Shown: in pieces, positions 10,226 to 22,882 of the stretch
How positions within the stretch are numbered: the stretch's first letter is position 1
Layout: each line of letters begins with the position of its first letter
NCBI RefSeq assembly: GCF_018350175.1
Contig: NC_058368.1
Span: forward strand, 159,590,001 to 159,654,000
Length of the DNA: 64,000 nucleotides
Origin: Felis catus
Lineage: Eukaryota
Direction: 5' to 3'
Notes under the pieces: generated by a model
Database searches by the model: none
Told to the model about the DNA's origin: nothing
The model's input: the letters and a program-made list of their open reading frames with translations, nothing else
Program-made: the position numbers and the translations under genes

Positions 10226-11756
10226 AACTGATGCATATGAAAGGGCTGATACATAATGAGCTTTTAGTAAATAGAAGCTCTTGTTATTGTTAAATGAATA
10301 TTCTGAAGATTTAGAAGTTTCCTTGGCCAGGGTCACCTTTTTGTTCACACACAAAAGTTTTCTAGGTATTTCTGTACTTTATTCCACTGCAAATAAATGT
10401 CAATCCAAATATGTGGACAATATCACAACTAGCTCAAAGAATGAAATACAACATTTTACTCCATCGATGGCTTTTTGGATATACCTAACCTGTTTACGAG
10501 CTGAAAGTTGGTCACCCTAAGCCCACACTCAAAAATTGCCCCCTCACAATCCTGTATGCACATTTCAAAAAATGAAACAGAAAAAAGCTCATTTGCCAGT
10601 TGCCTTGCTTAACACCAAACATGGTAGGGAAAGCAGTCCATTAGTGACTGAGTAGCTTCAAGGCTTTCTTTCAAATCTCAGTATTTAAAAAAAAAAAATG
10701 ACTATTGCCAGGAGAAATTCCAGTTCTGAAAATGCTATGCACTGTTGATACATTTGTCTTTTACTTAGGGAAATGTTAAGTAAGTTTTTGAAGTTCATTC
10801 TGGGTCTAACAGCCTTAGAAAATACTTATAAGATGATCTTCTCATGGTTGTTTCATTCAACATCAATTGGGCACATCTATTTTATGTGTCTGACCCTTGG
10901 ATAGCTCTGGGGCTGCAGTAAGGATTGAAATGTCACTCCTGACTCATTGAGCTTACAGTCAGAATTAGGGATGGGGGAACAGCTAGAAATTAACAGGCAT
11001 TACTATATGATATAGTACACTACTATCATAGTGTATATGATAGTTCTATAATGGAGGAAATGTAAGATAATATAAGAATACATTTGCATTTGATTTCTAG
11101 AAAAATGTTGAATAATGGTTGGGCTTTAATCAACCAGTTAATCTCAATTAATCAACATTAATTGAGAACTAGTATTAGTGGCAAGGAGTGGCTTGACAGT
11201 AGGAAAGTGATATAGAAAAATATCCCCTATGATTTCTAGGGGGTCTCCTCCCTAGCCAAATCAAGTAAACAAACAATCCAAACAGAAATCGCAGTCTTTT
11301 TAAGCAAATGTGGCTTTAGGCTGAGCTCCCTAGTACCTTCACTTTCCTACCAGTTATCTTCTTTAAATTCTTTCTGTGCAATTGAACACAGCCATGATGT
11401 TGAGACTCTTCTATTGAAATAAGAAAAATAATTATTATAACCCAGAGGCTCAGCCCCCAAAATCTTTTGGTTATAATTTTGCTTGCAGAGATTAGTTAAA
11501 TCCCAAACATGAAATCAAATCTTTACCACCAGGGGAAATGGAGAACTCTTGACTAGCTAAATATTCACCAACTCTAACAATAGATTTTTAAAGAAAATAT
11601 GTCAAATCATATTCAGCATTAACTTGGTACTACATGTGCAAGTTGTGACACCATTTATTTGATCCAAGTTTGTTTCTTACCTCCGAGTTATCTGTAACTA
11701 TCTAAGTCCATCTTTGCCAATTATTTTTTAAAAAGTACTTATAAGATGGAAGGGGT

Positions 11757-12085
11757 GGGGTGCTTAGTTAGCCTAGTCAGTAGAACATGCAACTCTTTTT
11801 TTTTTTTTTTTGGATTTAAAATTTATTTATTTTGAGAGAGACAGAGAGCACATGAACACGGGAGGGGCAGAAAGAGAGAATTCCAAGCAGGCTCTACACT
11901 GTCAGTGTGGAGCCCTTCACAGGGCTCAATCCCAGAAACTGTGAGATAATGATCTGAGCCAAAACCAAGAGTCCATAACTTAACTCACTGAGCCACCCAG
12001 CCACCCCTAGAGCATGCAACTCTTGATTTTGGGGTTGTGAGTTCGGGCCTTATCTGTGGCTTAGAGTTTACTTAAAAAAAAAAAA
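11757..12085 (+). mobile_element. Short Can-SINE split by a younger antisense Can-SINE
   Basis: Head 11757-11797 resumes at 12025 (GATTTTGGGGTTGTGAGTTCGGGCC) and ends in an A-tail. Confidence 0.85.
11798..12007 (-). mobile_element. Can-SINE nested in the previous SINE
   Basis: Poly-T start; TSD TAGA(A/G)CATGCAACTCTT at 11781-11797 and 12008-12024. Confidence 0.93.
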
Positions 12086-12251
12086 AGATGCAGAAGGAAA
12101 AATAAATCTTAATTATGCTGCTGGTCTTAACCCTGAAGTATTTTATAGATGTGTCAAGAAGCTATTCACACAACAGGAGACTTACTAATAATATTCTTAT
12201 GATTCTTTCATTAATTAGAGAACAGTTCACCCTCCCACCTTGGTTCCTGTT

Positions 12252-12473
12252 TAAATTTTTTTGAAAACTTTTTAATGTTTATTTATTTTTGAGAAAGAGA
12301 CAGACAGAGAGCAGGGTAGGAGCAGAGAGAGAGAGGAAGACACAGAATCCGAAGCAGGCTCCAGGCTCTGAGCTGTCAGCATAGAGCCCAATGAGGGGCT
12401 CGAACTCACGAACCCTGACATCATAACCTGAGCCAAAGTCAGATGCTCAACCAACTGAGCCACCCACATGCTC
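12252..12473 (-). mobile_element. Can-SINE, felid type
   Basis: AATGTTTATTTATTTTTGAGA…GAATCCGAAGCAGGCTCCAGGCTCTGAGCTGTCAGCA…CTGAGCCACCCA. Confidence 0.94.
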
Positions 12474-13659
12474 TCCTGTTAACTTTTTGATCCCAATCAA
12501 TGGGAATGGGTCTTGGCTCATTGACTAGTTGCCCTTTATCTGTTATGACAGGAAGACAAATTATACACATTTATGTAATTTGGTACATGTGACAGATATT
12601 TTAATCTCAATTTTGGACATTTAACCAATGATAAGTATTGAAATAAAGGTGAAATGGTTATGAAATTGATGTATATCTAAACACATGTATATACCCAAAG
12701 TATAATCTCCATAAACAATCTTCTTAAATCTTCTCTGGAATAAGGTAATAGTCAAGTTACAAGGAAAATTTATACAGATAATCACACACACATACGTTTG
12801 GTGAAAGGCCTAAACTGGGTATGAGAAAGTAGAAAAAATTAAGTAAGCAGTTATTCTTTATTAAGGCCTCAGTTAAGAAGCTCTTTTAAATGAGGGACAA
12901 AATATGCAGTGCAATGACTTAAAATATAACAGGAGTAAGTTTTGAAAAATATTCATTAGTAGAATGAGGCAGTGGAATATGTCAAAGCCAGAAGAATTTA
13001 ATTTTATTGTCACAAAGCTCTATTTAAAAATAAAAGCTTACTTGATATCAATATATTTTTCCACCTTTGTGCAATATTTAGAGGAGGAAAATAACCCATT
13101 TTATGCCATAGACTTAACAAAAGTACCCTTAAAATACTCTCATAATTTAAAGGCAGTGTTGGTTTCAATCAAGTCAGAATAATTAGAGTATAACTGGGAC
13201 TTTTGGGGACACAGGTGAGTCGAAATGACTTGAAAACTGCTACATTAGAGGAGTACCAAAGAGGCAACCAATGCCAGAAGCACCTGATGCTTATGTATTG
13301 TTTCAGCGTCAAGACACCCTTTGGGTTACAAGATTACACACAAATGAGATTAACCCCATGTGCCATTTAAATTTCAACCACAGTCTAAAAAGCACAAGGA
13401 CTAATTTACCTAGTTGTTGCCAAAAGGAATATCAATTAAGGATTTAGGATAAAATAATGCCTGCTCCTGATTTGGATTGAAAAAAGCAAGAATTTAGTAC
13501 TCAGGATGGGATTTAAATTATGTTTTCATTAGTAAATACTCATGTCCTAGTAATTTCAAACATTTTACTTGATGCTAGAGCTGCAGCTGTGATACTGCGA
13601 TGCACAAACATGTTTCTGCCTTCATGGAACCAAAAGTCTCATATTAGTCTTTAGTAGCA

Positions 13660-13661
<2 letters not shown>

Positions 13662-13701
<40 letters not shown>
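13662..13701. repeat. (AC)20 microsatellite
   Basis: Seen directly. Confidence 0.97.
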
Positions 13702-13704
<3 letters not shown>

Positions 13705-14029
13705 TATGTATATATGTGTCTATAGTCTTTCCTCCTGTATGTGTGTGTGTGTGCAAACCTTAATCAATGCCTCAACTGTGAAGCTATATTTTATTGGGTA
13801 AGTTGGAGTAGAGAATGTGCAGTTACTCATGTTTTTTTTTGTTTTTTTAATTAGAAAGTCAATTCAACTTTTTGAAGCCAAATATTATGTAGATGACACT
13901 GCTAAAATGTAAAAGAACATGTACTCAAATCAATAAACTGAAAAAATATATATTGTTTGGTTGGTTACTCATTAATATAAGTAGGAACCTCATTTGCTTC
14001 CACAAAAGGTAGCTTTTAAAATATTTGAT

Positions 14030-15060
14030 ATTAATATATATCATGAGGAAGATGTGGCTCCTGGCATAGAGGAAGTCAGACTCCTATAAGAGAAACCAGT
14101 AACAGAACATGGAAAGAGGGATAAATTTTACCTAAAGTTCAGGGAAGTCCACCCAAAGACAAAATTGGGGCTGAGATTTAAAAGATGAGTTTAGAATACC
14201 CTGCATAAAAAATAAAACAGTGTTCTAAGCAGAGCACACATACTTATCATGGAGATCTGAAAACATATGGGTGTCATGACTGGGAAAAGACTGAGTGAAG
14301 ACTGATTGAAGAGAAGAGTATAGGGAGAGAGAAGTGTTTCAGAAATGGTTTCAGGGATAGATTTAAAATAGCTAGAATGGCAAGCTGAAGAATATGGGTT
14401 ATACTCAATGAAAAAGGAGGAAACATTTAAGGGTTTTGAACATAACTATTCCATGATCATAGCTGTGTTTTAGGTATGTTTAGGTATGTTTAGCTGTGTT
14501 TAGGTTTTAGCTGTGATAAGTTGGGCTGGGAAGAGAAGAAAGGGAAAATCAACTACAATAAAGACAATTTTACATGTTAGGGGCAATAAATGCTTCATCC
14601 TGGGTCTGAGACATAGTAAACCCTTGTGAATGAATGAAAAAAAATGTAACTAAGTGACAATGGAGATAGAGTTAAGAGTCATTACCTAAATAACACATAC
14701 GTGATTTGAGAAGAAATTGATTGGGAAAGTGAAGGAAAAATAGGAAAAAGTAATGATTCCAAGGTTTCAAGGTGAACTATGAGGGTAACTTTTGTTGCCA
14801 TTAACTGAGATGTGGAACTAAGATGAGAAGGTGGTTATGGTGGATGGTGAGAGAGTGAAAGATTGACAACATCTGACAGCATATTGAGTTTGAGCTGATA
14901 CCTTAATAAAGATGTACTACACTAGGTATGAAATCAGTATTTGAAGTCTGGAAAAGAACGCAGAGCAAGAGAAAGAGTTGGATATCATCTGACGTTAGTT
15001 GAGTTACAGAGAGCTTGAGATTACATCAGAAAGGGGTATATGGCATGAGAATAAAAAGAT
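14030..15060 (-). mobile_element. Degenerate L2 LINE fragments
   Basis: Antisense L2-type phrases (GGGCTGAGATTTAAAAGATGAG; AATGATTCCAAGGTTTC; TGCCATTAACTGAGATG); boundaries approximate. Confidence 0.6.
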
Positions 15061-15337
15061 GACTTTCACAAGTTGGGTTCCCAAGGAAGCAGGCTCTGAG
15101 ATGGAGATTAGTCAGTGTGATGTTTATTAGGGAGTATGTTTGGGATCAATACATTGGGGAAAAGGAGAGGTCAAGATGGGATATGCTTTCCTTTTTTTTT
15201 TTTCTTTTCAAATTTTTATTTAAATTCTAGTTAGTTAATATACAGTGTAACATTGGTTTCAAGAGTAGAATTCAGTGATTCATCACTTACATACAATACA
15301 CATAAAACAAATGCTCATCATAACAAGTGCCCTCCTT

Positions 15338-15549
15338 GGGGCACCTGGGTGGCTCAGTCAGTTGAGCGTCTGACTCTGGCTCAGGTCATGATCTCTCAGT
15401 CTGTGAGTTCAAGCCCCACATCGGGCTCTGTGCTGACAGCTCAGAGCCTGTAGCCTGCTTCAGATTCTGTATCTCCCTCTTTCTCTACCCCTCCCCCGCT
15501 CATGCTGTCTGTGTCTCTCTGTCAAAAATAAATAAAACATTAAAAAAAA
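15338..15549 (+). mobile_element. Can-SINE, felid type, inserted in L1 3'UTR
   Basis: Perfect 18-bp TSD ATAACAAGTGCCCTCCTT at 15320-15337 and 15550-15567. Confidence 0.96.
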
Positions 15550-15836
15550 ATAACAAGTGCCCTCCTTAATGCCCATCACCCATCTAGACTATCCCCCACC
15601 AACCTCCCTCCATCAACCCTCAGTTCTCTCTCTAAAAGTCTGTGATTTGTTTCCCTCTTTTTCCCCCTCCCATATGTCCATCTGTTTTGTGTCTTAAATT
15701 CCACAAATGAGTGAAATCATATGGTATTTGTCTTTCTCTACCTGACTGATTTTGCTTAGCATGATACACTCTAGCTCTATCCATGTCATTGCAAATGGCA
15801 AGATTTCATTCTTTTTTGATGACTGAACAACATTCC

Positions 15837-15838
<2 letters not shown>

Positions 15839-15870
<32 letters not shown>
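15839..15870. repeat. (TG)16 microsatellite inside L1
   Basis: Seen directly. Confidence 0.95.
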
Positions 15871-15873
<3 letters not shown>

Positions 15874-17799
15874 CTCACATCTTTTCGGTCAATGGATGGA
15901 CATTTGGGCTCTCTCTCTGTAGCTTGGCTGTTGATGATGCTGCTATAAACATTTGGGTGTATGTACCCCTTCGAATATGTATTTTTGTATCCTTTGAGTA
16001 GCAAAAATCCAAAAGTAGTACAAAAGTACTACCTAGTAGTGCCATTGCTGGATTATAAGGTAGGTCTATTTTTAACTTTTTGAGGACCCTCCATACTGTT
16101 CTCCAGAGTGGCTACACAATTTGCATTCAAGGTAGGATCAAGTTACAACAGAAACGTCAGCTAATCCTCCAGGGTTTTCCAAAGATGGTATGACCCTTTA
16201 TTCTCCATCCCAAGATGGAGCAGAGGCTGGGCCTTACACCTCTGTACCAATCAGCCATTGGAAATGACTGCCCAGGGAACTAGGCATGACCCTTGGCTAG
16301 GTGTCCCTCTTCAACTGAGGTAACTCCTTAAAGGTGCTAGTAGTGGGGGTCTGTCTTCTGGCAGTGCACACCCAGCAGGAGTTATAATTACTTCTTACTC
16401 TAAAGGTGTTCATGGTGGCACATCACATATCTATCAGGATGGGTGAACATGAAATATTGTAGGAAAGCCTGTATTGATAGAACTGGATCGTGAAGGGTGA
16501 AAATAGAGCAAGGGTTTCTGGAAGTGTAAGATCACTGGAATACAGGTACTCTTTGAAAGCCAAGATTCAAGAAAGAAGAGAAACACAGCAGATGTAATAT
16601 CTGCAGAAAATTTAACTTTAAAGAATAAGAAAAGGACATTGGATTTGGCATAAATATGATTACTTTTTTAATGTTACTGTTTACTAGGAGAGAAAACAGA
16701 ATGAAATTGAGAATTGCATTTAGCCAAAAGTGATCATTGTTGAAATCAGAGAAACAAAAGGGGAAGTCAATATGCTAAGAAACAAAATAATAGGCTGCAA
16801 AAGAACATGTTCTCGTTCTATTAAAAAAATTCACCTGCCATTACTAATCTCCTACTCTGATCTGATTTCATCCAACACAAGAAGTAAAAATGCTAAAACC
16901 TAGAAAAGAAGATTAATTAAATTGGCTCAGCAATATGTTCCTTTCATATGAGAAAACCTATCTAATGAAAAGAGTTTTCTTCATTCCTGTGAATTTTCTG
17001 GTAACAGTCCTCTTGAAAGATTCCAAGTTATGTTTCATTCAAGATGTTCAAGAAATGCTTTCCTAGATATCCATTTAGAGTGCTAAAATTCTCCAAGCAA
17101 CTTTATGGTCTGATAAACTTCAAGCTATTTTCCAGATTAAGCCTTGGATAGAGTGAGCGCCTTTGTCTGGTTAGAAGCCCAGTTCTATGGTACTGCATAA
17201 ATAAAAACCCTTATTTAAAGTCACACAGAGGTTGACAGCCTTCTTGACAGCATATTGCTAAAAACAGCATAAAAGTCTTCAGGAAAGATAAAAGACAAAG
17301 GAACATTTATTGACCAATTATTATTCTCGAGACACTTTTTCAGATGTTTGCATACAATATGTCATTTGTCCTCACTCCAAGTCTGTGAGCTATTCCCTGT
17401 CTTATAAATAACATTTCTGTGTTTCAGTTTTCCAAATAACCTGCCCAATGTTACTCTATAAGGATTAGAACTAGGATTTATTGAATATCTGAATGATTAT
17501 TTCATTCATTCACCAAGTATTATTCAGCATCTGTTTTTTGCATTATTGGAACTCAAATCTGATAGCAAAGCTTATATCCTAAATTTTTATTTTCTTAATT
17601 ATTTTAATTTTGTTGTACTTATTTTCATGTATCATAATGGTTTAGAAACACATTTAAAAAGTCCAGCACAGCTGCCTGCAATGGTAACTCAAGTTACCTG
17701 AATGAAAATACTGAGGTAGTCACCATTGCTCCAAAGATGCAGTTGTTCATAATGCACATTAGGAGACACAAAAAACAGTGGCTGGAAGTGGTGAAGATT

Positions 17800-17915
17800 A
17801 ATACATATTAATGTATTATATATGACTTATATATTTGTATTATATAATATATATAATATATATGACTTATATATTTGTATATATATAATATACTATATAT
17901 GTGACTTATATAATG
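17800..17915. repeat. AT-rich minisatellite (unit containing TATATGACTTATATATTTGTA)
   Basis: Three copies of TGACTTATATA embedded in TA repeats. Confidence 0.85.
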
Positions 17916-18188
17916 TAAAATAATCAGTCTTTATTGAGTGATATTGATGGTTTTTTTTCTTTTTTTAAATCCCTTTTTTTTTCAATTAAAATAATTAGAA
18001 AGAATGGGTAAATCATAGTGTGTTAGGTAAACTAACAAAAAGAAACAGAAATATTTCTTTCATTTTCCTATCTATTGGCTATAGAACTTCTGTGACAAAG
18101 AAAAAAGTGTTTTGGCACCAAATATATACATTCAACTCATTTAACTTATTGGAACATCCACATAAGTTCTGATAAATTAATTAAACAA

Positions 18189-18510
18189 TGTGGCCAGTAG
18201 ACTAAGATGGTTTTAATACCTTAGTAGCCTATGAAAACAACCTAAAACCTAAGCCTATAAGTGCCTCAAGTTTAAAAAATCAAAACCTAAGGACAACCAG
18301 TCACAAACAGCCAACTTAGCTTTTCCAAATAATGTCACTTTAAACCATATCAAATAAGCTTTGTTCCACCTCTTCAGTAGAAAATCTTATCCCTCACTCC
18401 CGAAGGTGGAGGGATCCGGACCACTTCCAGTTTGGTGATGCCTCATTCCAGTCAATTTTTGCTCAAATAAACTCTTAAAAATTTTATATTCCTCAACTTA
18501 TCTTTTAACA
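18189..18510 (+). mobile_element. ERV1-class solo LTR (MER34/MER39-like)
   Basis: TG…CA ends; 3' end GCTCAAATAAACTCTTAAAAATTTTATATTCCTCAACTTATCTTTTAACA with polyA signal; no clean TSD seen. Confidence 0.7.
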
Positions 18511-19446
18511 GCTGAATGGTCTCTAATTCAATTCTCTTTTATATTTACATGCTGAGTAACAGAAGACTATTCCTATTTTAACATCTATGTAGTAAAACTA
18601 TATAACTTTCTACATAATGATGCTCTATAAACATATTTTTTAGAACTAAATCTGAAGAATGAATTGCTGGAGGAAAATACGTTGTATTTTCAAAATAAGA
18701 TTTTAGTATCAGTTTTTGCAGGTAGAAATGAGTTAGCAAAGTCTATTCTTAATAAGCTTTATGCAGAAATGTTTGACCTCTCTAAACTTGTCTGAGCATT
18801 TCTGTGGTACAAATAAATTGATATGTTAATACAATATCTACTTTTGGACAGTAGTTGATATGGTGTGCCTTATTATTCACCAATGATCTTTTCAATAACA
18901 GTCGAACACATAGGAGTTGATGCCAGTAATTGAAAATATTCTTATGTAAAGAAAGGTAAATGTATAATTCTTCATAAACCTGAATTCTCACAAACATTTA
19001 TATGGGTGTCTACTTTGGATAATATATAAGAATTAACTAATATGGATCAGTGATTTAACAAATTAATACGTTGTACTTATACTAACACTTTAATCTCCTG
19101 ATTATCTGTTGTCTTCACAAATACTTAAAGTAGCTTTTTAAATGTCTTACTGCTTCATAAAAGTAAAACAGGAGTACTTGAATAGGAAATAGATTAAGGA
19201 TTCATCTCTATGAATGGATTCATCCATTCTGTATTTATGATCAATATATAACTCAATATTTTCCCTAGGGGATGAGACATATTTGTAGAAATTAGGGAAA
19301 AAATTTCTTGGATCTGCCCATTTGACACAATCTGTCACCAGTTCTTACCTTAGGAAGATAAAGAACATACCTGATCAGTGAAGCTCTTTGTTTTATGTGT
19401 ATACTGACAAGTAGAGGAGGTTACATCATATAGCTAAAAATTTAAA

Positions 19447-19508
19447 TATATATAAATGTGTGTATATATATAATATATATAGTATATAGATAGATATATA
19501 TGTGTGTA

Positions 19509-19544
<36 letters not shown>

Positions 19545-19558
19545 GTATAGTATATATT
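19447..19558. repeat. Compound (TA)n/(TG)n microsatellite
   Basis: Seen directly. Confidence 0.9.
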
Positions 19559-20451
19559 CTTTTGCCAGGCCTGGTGGTGAGCATTAAATGCATAATTACT
19601 TATAGAATACTAAATGAGGGTCCAAAAGGAGACATTATAGTATATAATAGTATATGTTTGAAAATGTAGATACAGGACAATTATATTTTAAAAGGATAAA
19701 AGAATGGGGAGAACAAATGAAAAAAAAGCAATAATTGCTTTTATAAATAATGTTGGTAGTAACATAATTAGAATTGTCATCTTAAGACAATAATGCAGAT
19801 GATATGGAATAAAAGAAATGAGAAATTATGGGATACTCTAATTCTAAGATCCCCTGCATCCTTGAGAACTAGTGTTTCCAAGAAGAATGTGAAAGAAGAA
19901 ACAGATGAAATGTAAAACAAAATAAGTAAAAGCTGTATTCTAAAATTTTATAGCAAACATTACTATGAGTTCATGAGATATTTTATCTTTAATACGCACT
20001 TACATGACATATGCAATATACATATACATACATGTATATAATATATACAAAATGTATTAGCTGTGTCCACTAAAATGATTATATTAATTCCATCCACTGA
20101 AAAGCTCTAGAAACGATAATCTACCCACCTGCAGTGAGCAAACCAAATATTGTATGCCCCCCGATGGAAAAACAGAATACCCATCTATAGTCTCGCCAAA
20201 GAATCAAACCTGGAGTAGATTTGGAATAAATGTTTTGAGTTCGTCTTTGACATGCTGTGTGCTACATAAGAAGAAGAGCATAGTAACTGTATGAAAATAT
20301 GATACTGAAGGCTTTATAAAACTAGAATAAATATTTGAGGGTCATTTTTATGGTGTGGTACTTGAGACAACAGAAATTAATGAGACGTATGTTAAGAGAA
20401 ATAGCACAGGTCTAAGGTACGAACCATTAGAAATCAAGAATCAAACATGGA

Positions 20452-20630
20452 GGTGGTTGGGAGATATGTGAAATAGATAAAGGGGATTAAGAGTACAGTT
20501 ATTGCGATGAGCACTGAGTAATATATAGAAATGTGGAATCATTATATTGTACACCAGAAACTAATATAATGCTGTATGTTAACTATTTCAATATAAATAA
20601 ATAAATAAGCATAACAGAATGTTAAAGGGG
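20452..20630 (+). mobile_element. Short L1 3'-end fragment
   Basis: GATGAGCACTGAGTAATATATAGAAATGTGGAATCATTATATTGTACACCAGAAACTAATATAA; flanks AGAATCAAA(A)CATGGA. Confidence 0.85.
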
Positions 20631-22666
20631 AGAATCAAAACATGGATAAATGCTAATAAAGAAGATCCATTGCAATTTCAGAGGAGTAAGAGAAGTAATA
20701 AGATCACAGGGGTCATTTACGAAGAAAGTTTAAAGAAGCAAACTTCATGATGTATCAGTTTTCAGCCAAAGACCTAAATATTCAAGATGTAGTCATCAGT
20801 TCCATGGGCTTATATCTTAAAATTGCAAAAACCAAACAAAAAGTGCCAGAAACTTCATATGCACTTTAAATTTAAATGACCACAACAATAAAACCTTTAC
20901 AAATGTACATTGTGCAATTATTAATGTTCTCATTTTCCAAAGGAGAAAGCTGACATATAGAGGTATCAAGTGATGTTGGAAATCCAAGTTGAGAATGAAG
21001 CCAGTTTTTTTTTTTAATTATTAGCATGAGGGTCTTTTTAGACCACCCCATTTCTGTGATTTCACACTCTGATTAAAACCTTAAACAATCTTCTTATATG
21101 TATTTATCAATTATCAGTGTCCGCTGAAGAAGAAATTGCAAATTCATAGCCTGCTTCTATGTTTAGAGGACACAGAAGAGAAGCATCATAGCAAGATGGA
21201 CAACAGAGGGTGCCCTCCACTTTGTGCATAAGATGCATTGACTAATCATTTCCTGAATCATTACTAAGTGATGCTTCATAAAATTCTTGGCAACTGAGTC
21301 TTTTAAACTGCAACAGATGTGAAATGGTGAGTAATATACTTCCGTATTTTTCTCCCTAAAGGCAGTTGAAATTCAAATCATCAAAGTCAAAGCAAAGACA
21401 AGCTGACTATACTTAATTAAATGTTGATGCCAATGGAAAGCCTTATACAGTATCTGGAGATATTAACAAAGAAAACTTTGCAAAATGAAATCAGCAGCTA
21501 CTTGGTGTTAACGGATTTCCAAGTCAAGAGAGAGGGTCACAAGCAGTGGGCACACTTCCACGCTGATAGTTAACAACTGACTTCCAGGGAAATGTCTTTC
21601 TGAAACAGTGCCTTTGCTAATTGCTTATTTTAGATTTTTCCACTGAGCAGAATTACAGATTCCCTCTACAATTTACTAGGAAAACATTTACTTAAACCCT
21701 CCTTGACTTTTCAGTGCAATAACAATAAAAGGCATCACCTTCTGGTATTTAAGTTGAACAAAATGCTTTCAGCAAAGTCACTCTATATTTGCAATAAACT
21801 AATTTCTCACAAAGGATCAAAGTCCTCACATATGGAAAAAGTAACCAACCATTTTCAATATGCTTTGTAACAGATGCTTCCATAAGCAAAATGAAGCATA
21901 GAGTCCACAGGTTTCAGATGAAGAATGTAACTGAAAATAGTGTGAATAGCTGGCAAACTTTCTGATTCCTCAAGAGGCACATGCCGAGGAGGCCATTGCA
22001 GTGTTTCTGCCTTCCTAAGCCTCCTACCACTAACCCCACGCTCCTAACACACACACGCAAATGAAGCATTGGAATCTTTAAAAATTACTAAAATCTCTGC
22101 CCAAGACCTGATGTTCTGGGAGCTTCCTCAAGACTCCTGGGAACAGTTTTCCTTTCTAGGTGTGTGGATTTTATATTATCGATTATTTCAAAGCAAGATC
22201 ATTTATACCTCTAATCCTTTTACTCTACATTCAGAGTCAAATAATGAATTTCTATTTTGTTGTTTTCAGATTCTCCCAGACATATAGCTCCTATATACCA
22301 GTGATATAAGTAGTTCTCCAGGAAATAGAACAGAGGTTCTCACCTTTCCATAGGATTTTCTTTTTAATATAAAAAAAAAACTGCAAACTGCTTATGATAA
22401 TACTTATATTTTTATTATCAGGTTATTAAAGGCTTACCATGATGGCGAAACATTACAAGGGTCCAGTATCATTTTGTAATGATATATATTTTGTGTATAA
22501 CATCAACATCTATATACACTTGAAAAGATAATATTTATTTCATAATAATAAGATTTATACCCATAAGAATTTGCAAGTATTATAAAATATCCACCTCCTA
22601 ATTTTACTTTTCCCCTTCAATTCTCAAGAGCACTAATACTATTTTCAGAGAATTCATTTTTGTCTC

Positions 22667-22882
22667 TTTTAATATTTTTAAGAGTTTATTTTTTGAGAGA
22701 GAGAGTGCAAGTGGAGGAGGGGCAGACAGAGGGAGAGAGAGAGAATTCCAAGCAGGCTCCACACTGCTAGTGGGGAGCCCTATATGGAGCTCAAACTCAC
22801 AAACTGCAAGATCACCACGTGATCACAACCAGAGCCAAAACCAAGAGCCAGCCATTAACCAACTGAGTCACCCAGGCACCCC
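22667..22882 (-). mobile_element. Can-SINE
   Basis: Ends AACTGAGTCACCCAGGCACCCC; (GA)n tract. Confidence 0.92.

Larger units (their letters stand above)
9605..10290 (+). mobile_element. MIR SINE interrupted by two Can-SINEs
   Basis: MIR core TGTGTCACTTTGGGAATGTTACTTAACCTCTCTCAGTTT…TGAGGATTAAGTAA and a 3' TTGTTATTGTTA end; pieces join across the SINE TSDs. Confidence 0.7.
15192..16128 (-). mobile_element. 5'-truncated carnivore L1 (end of ORF2 plus 3'UTR)
   Basis: Poly-T at 15192; antisense ORF2 C-terminal remnant (EPKCPS; GAATGCAAATTGTGTAGCCACTCTGG); contains a SINE and (TG)n. Confidence 0.9.
15068..16432 (-). mobile_element. ERVL-type LTR (LTR16-like) split by an L1 insertion
   Basis: GTTGGGTTCCCAAGGAAGCAGGCTCTGAGATGGAGATTAG…TTTATTAGGGAG (antisense LTR 3' end with AATAAA); resumes after about 16129. 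Confidence 0.65.

Noticed and set aside
14460..14516. Short repeats of TTTAGG/TAGCTGTG resembling a telomeric or CRISPR-like array
   Set aside because: Irregular local slippage duplications with no unique spacers and not (TTAGGG)n
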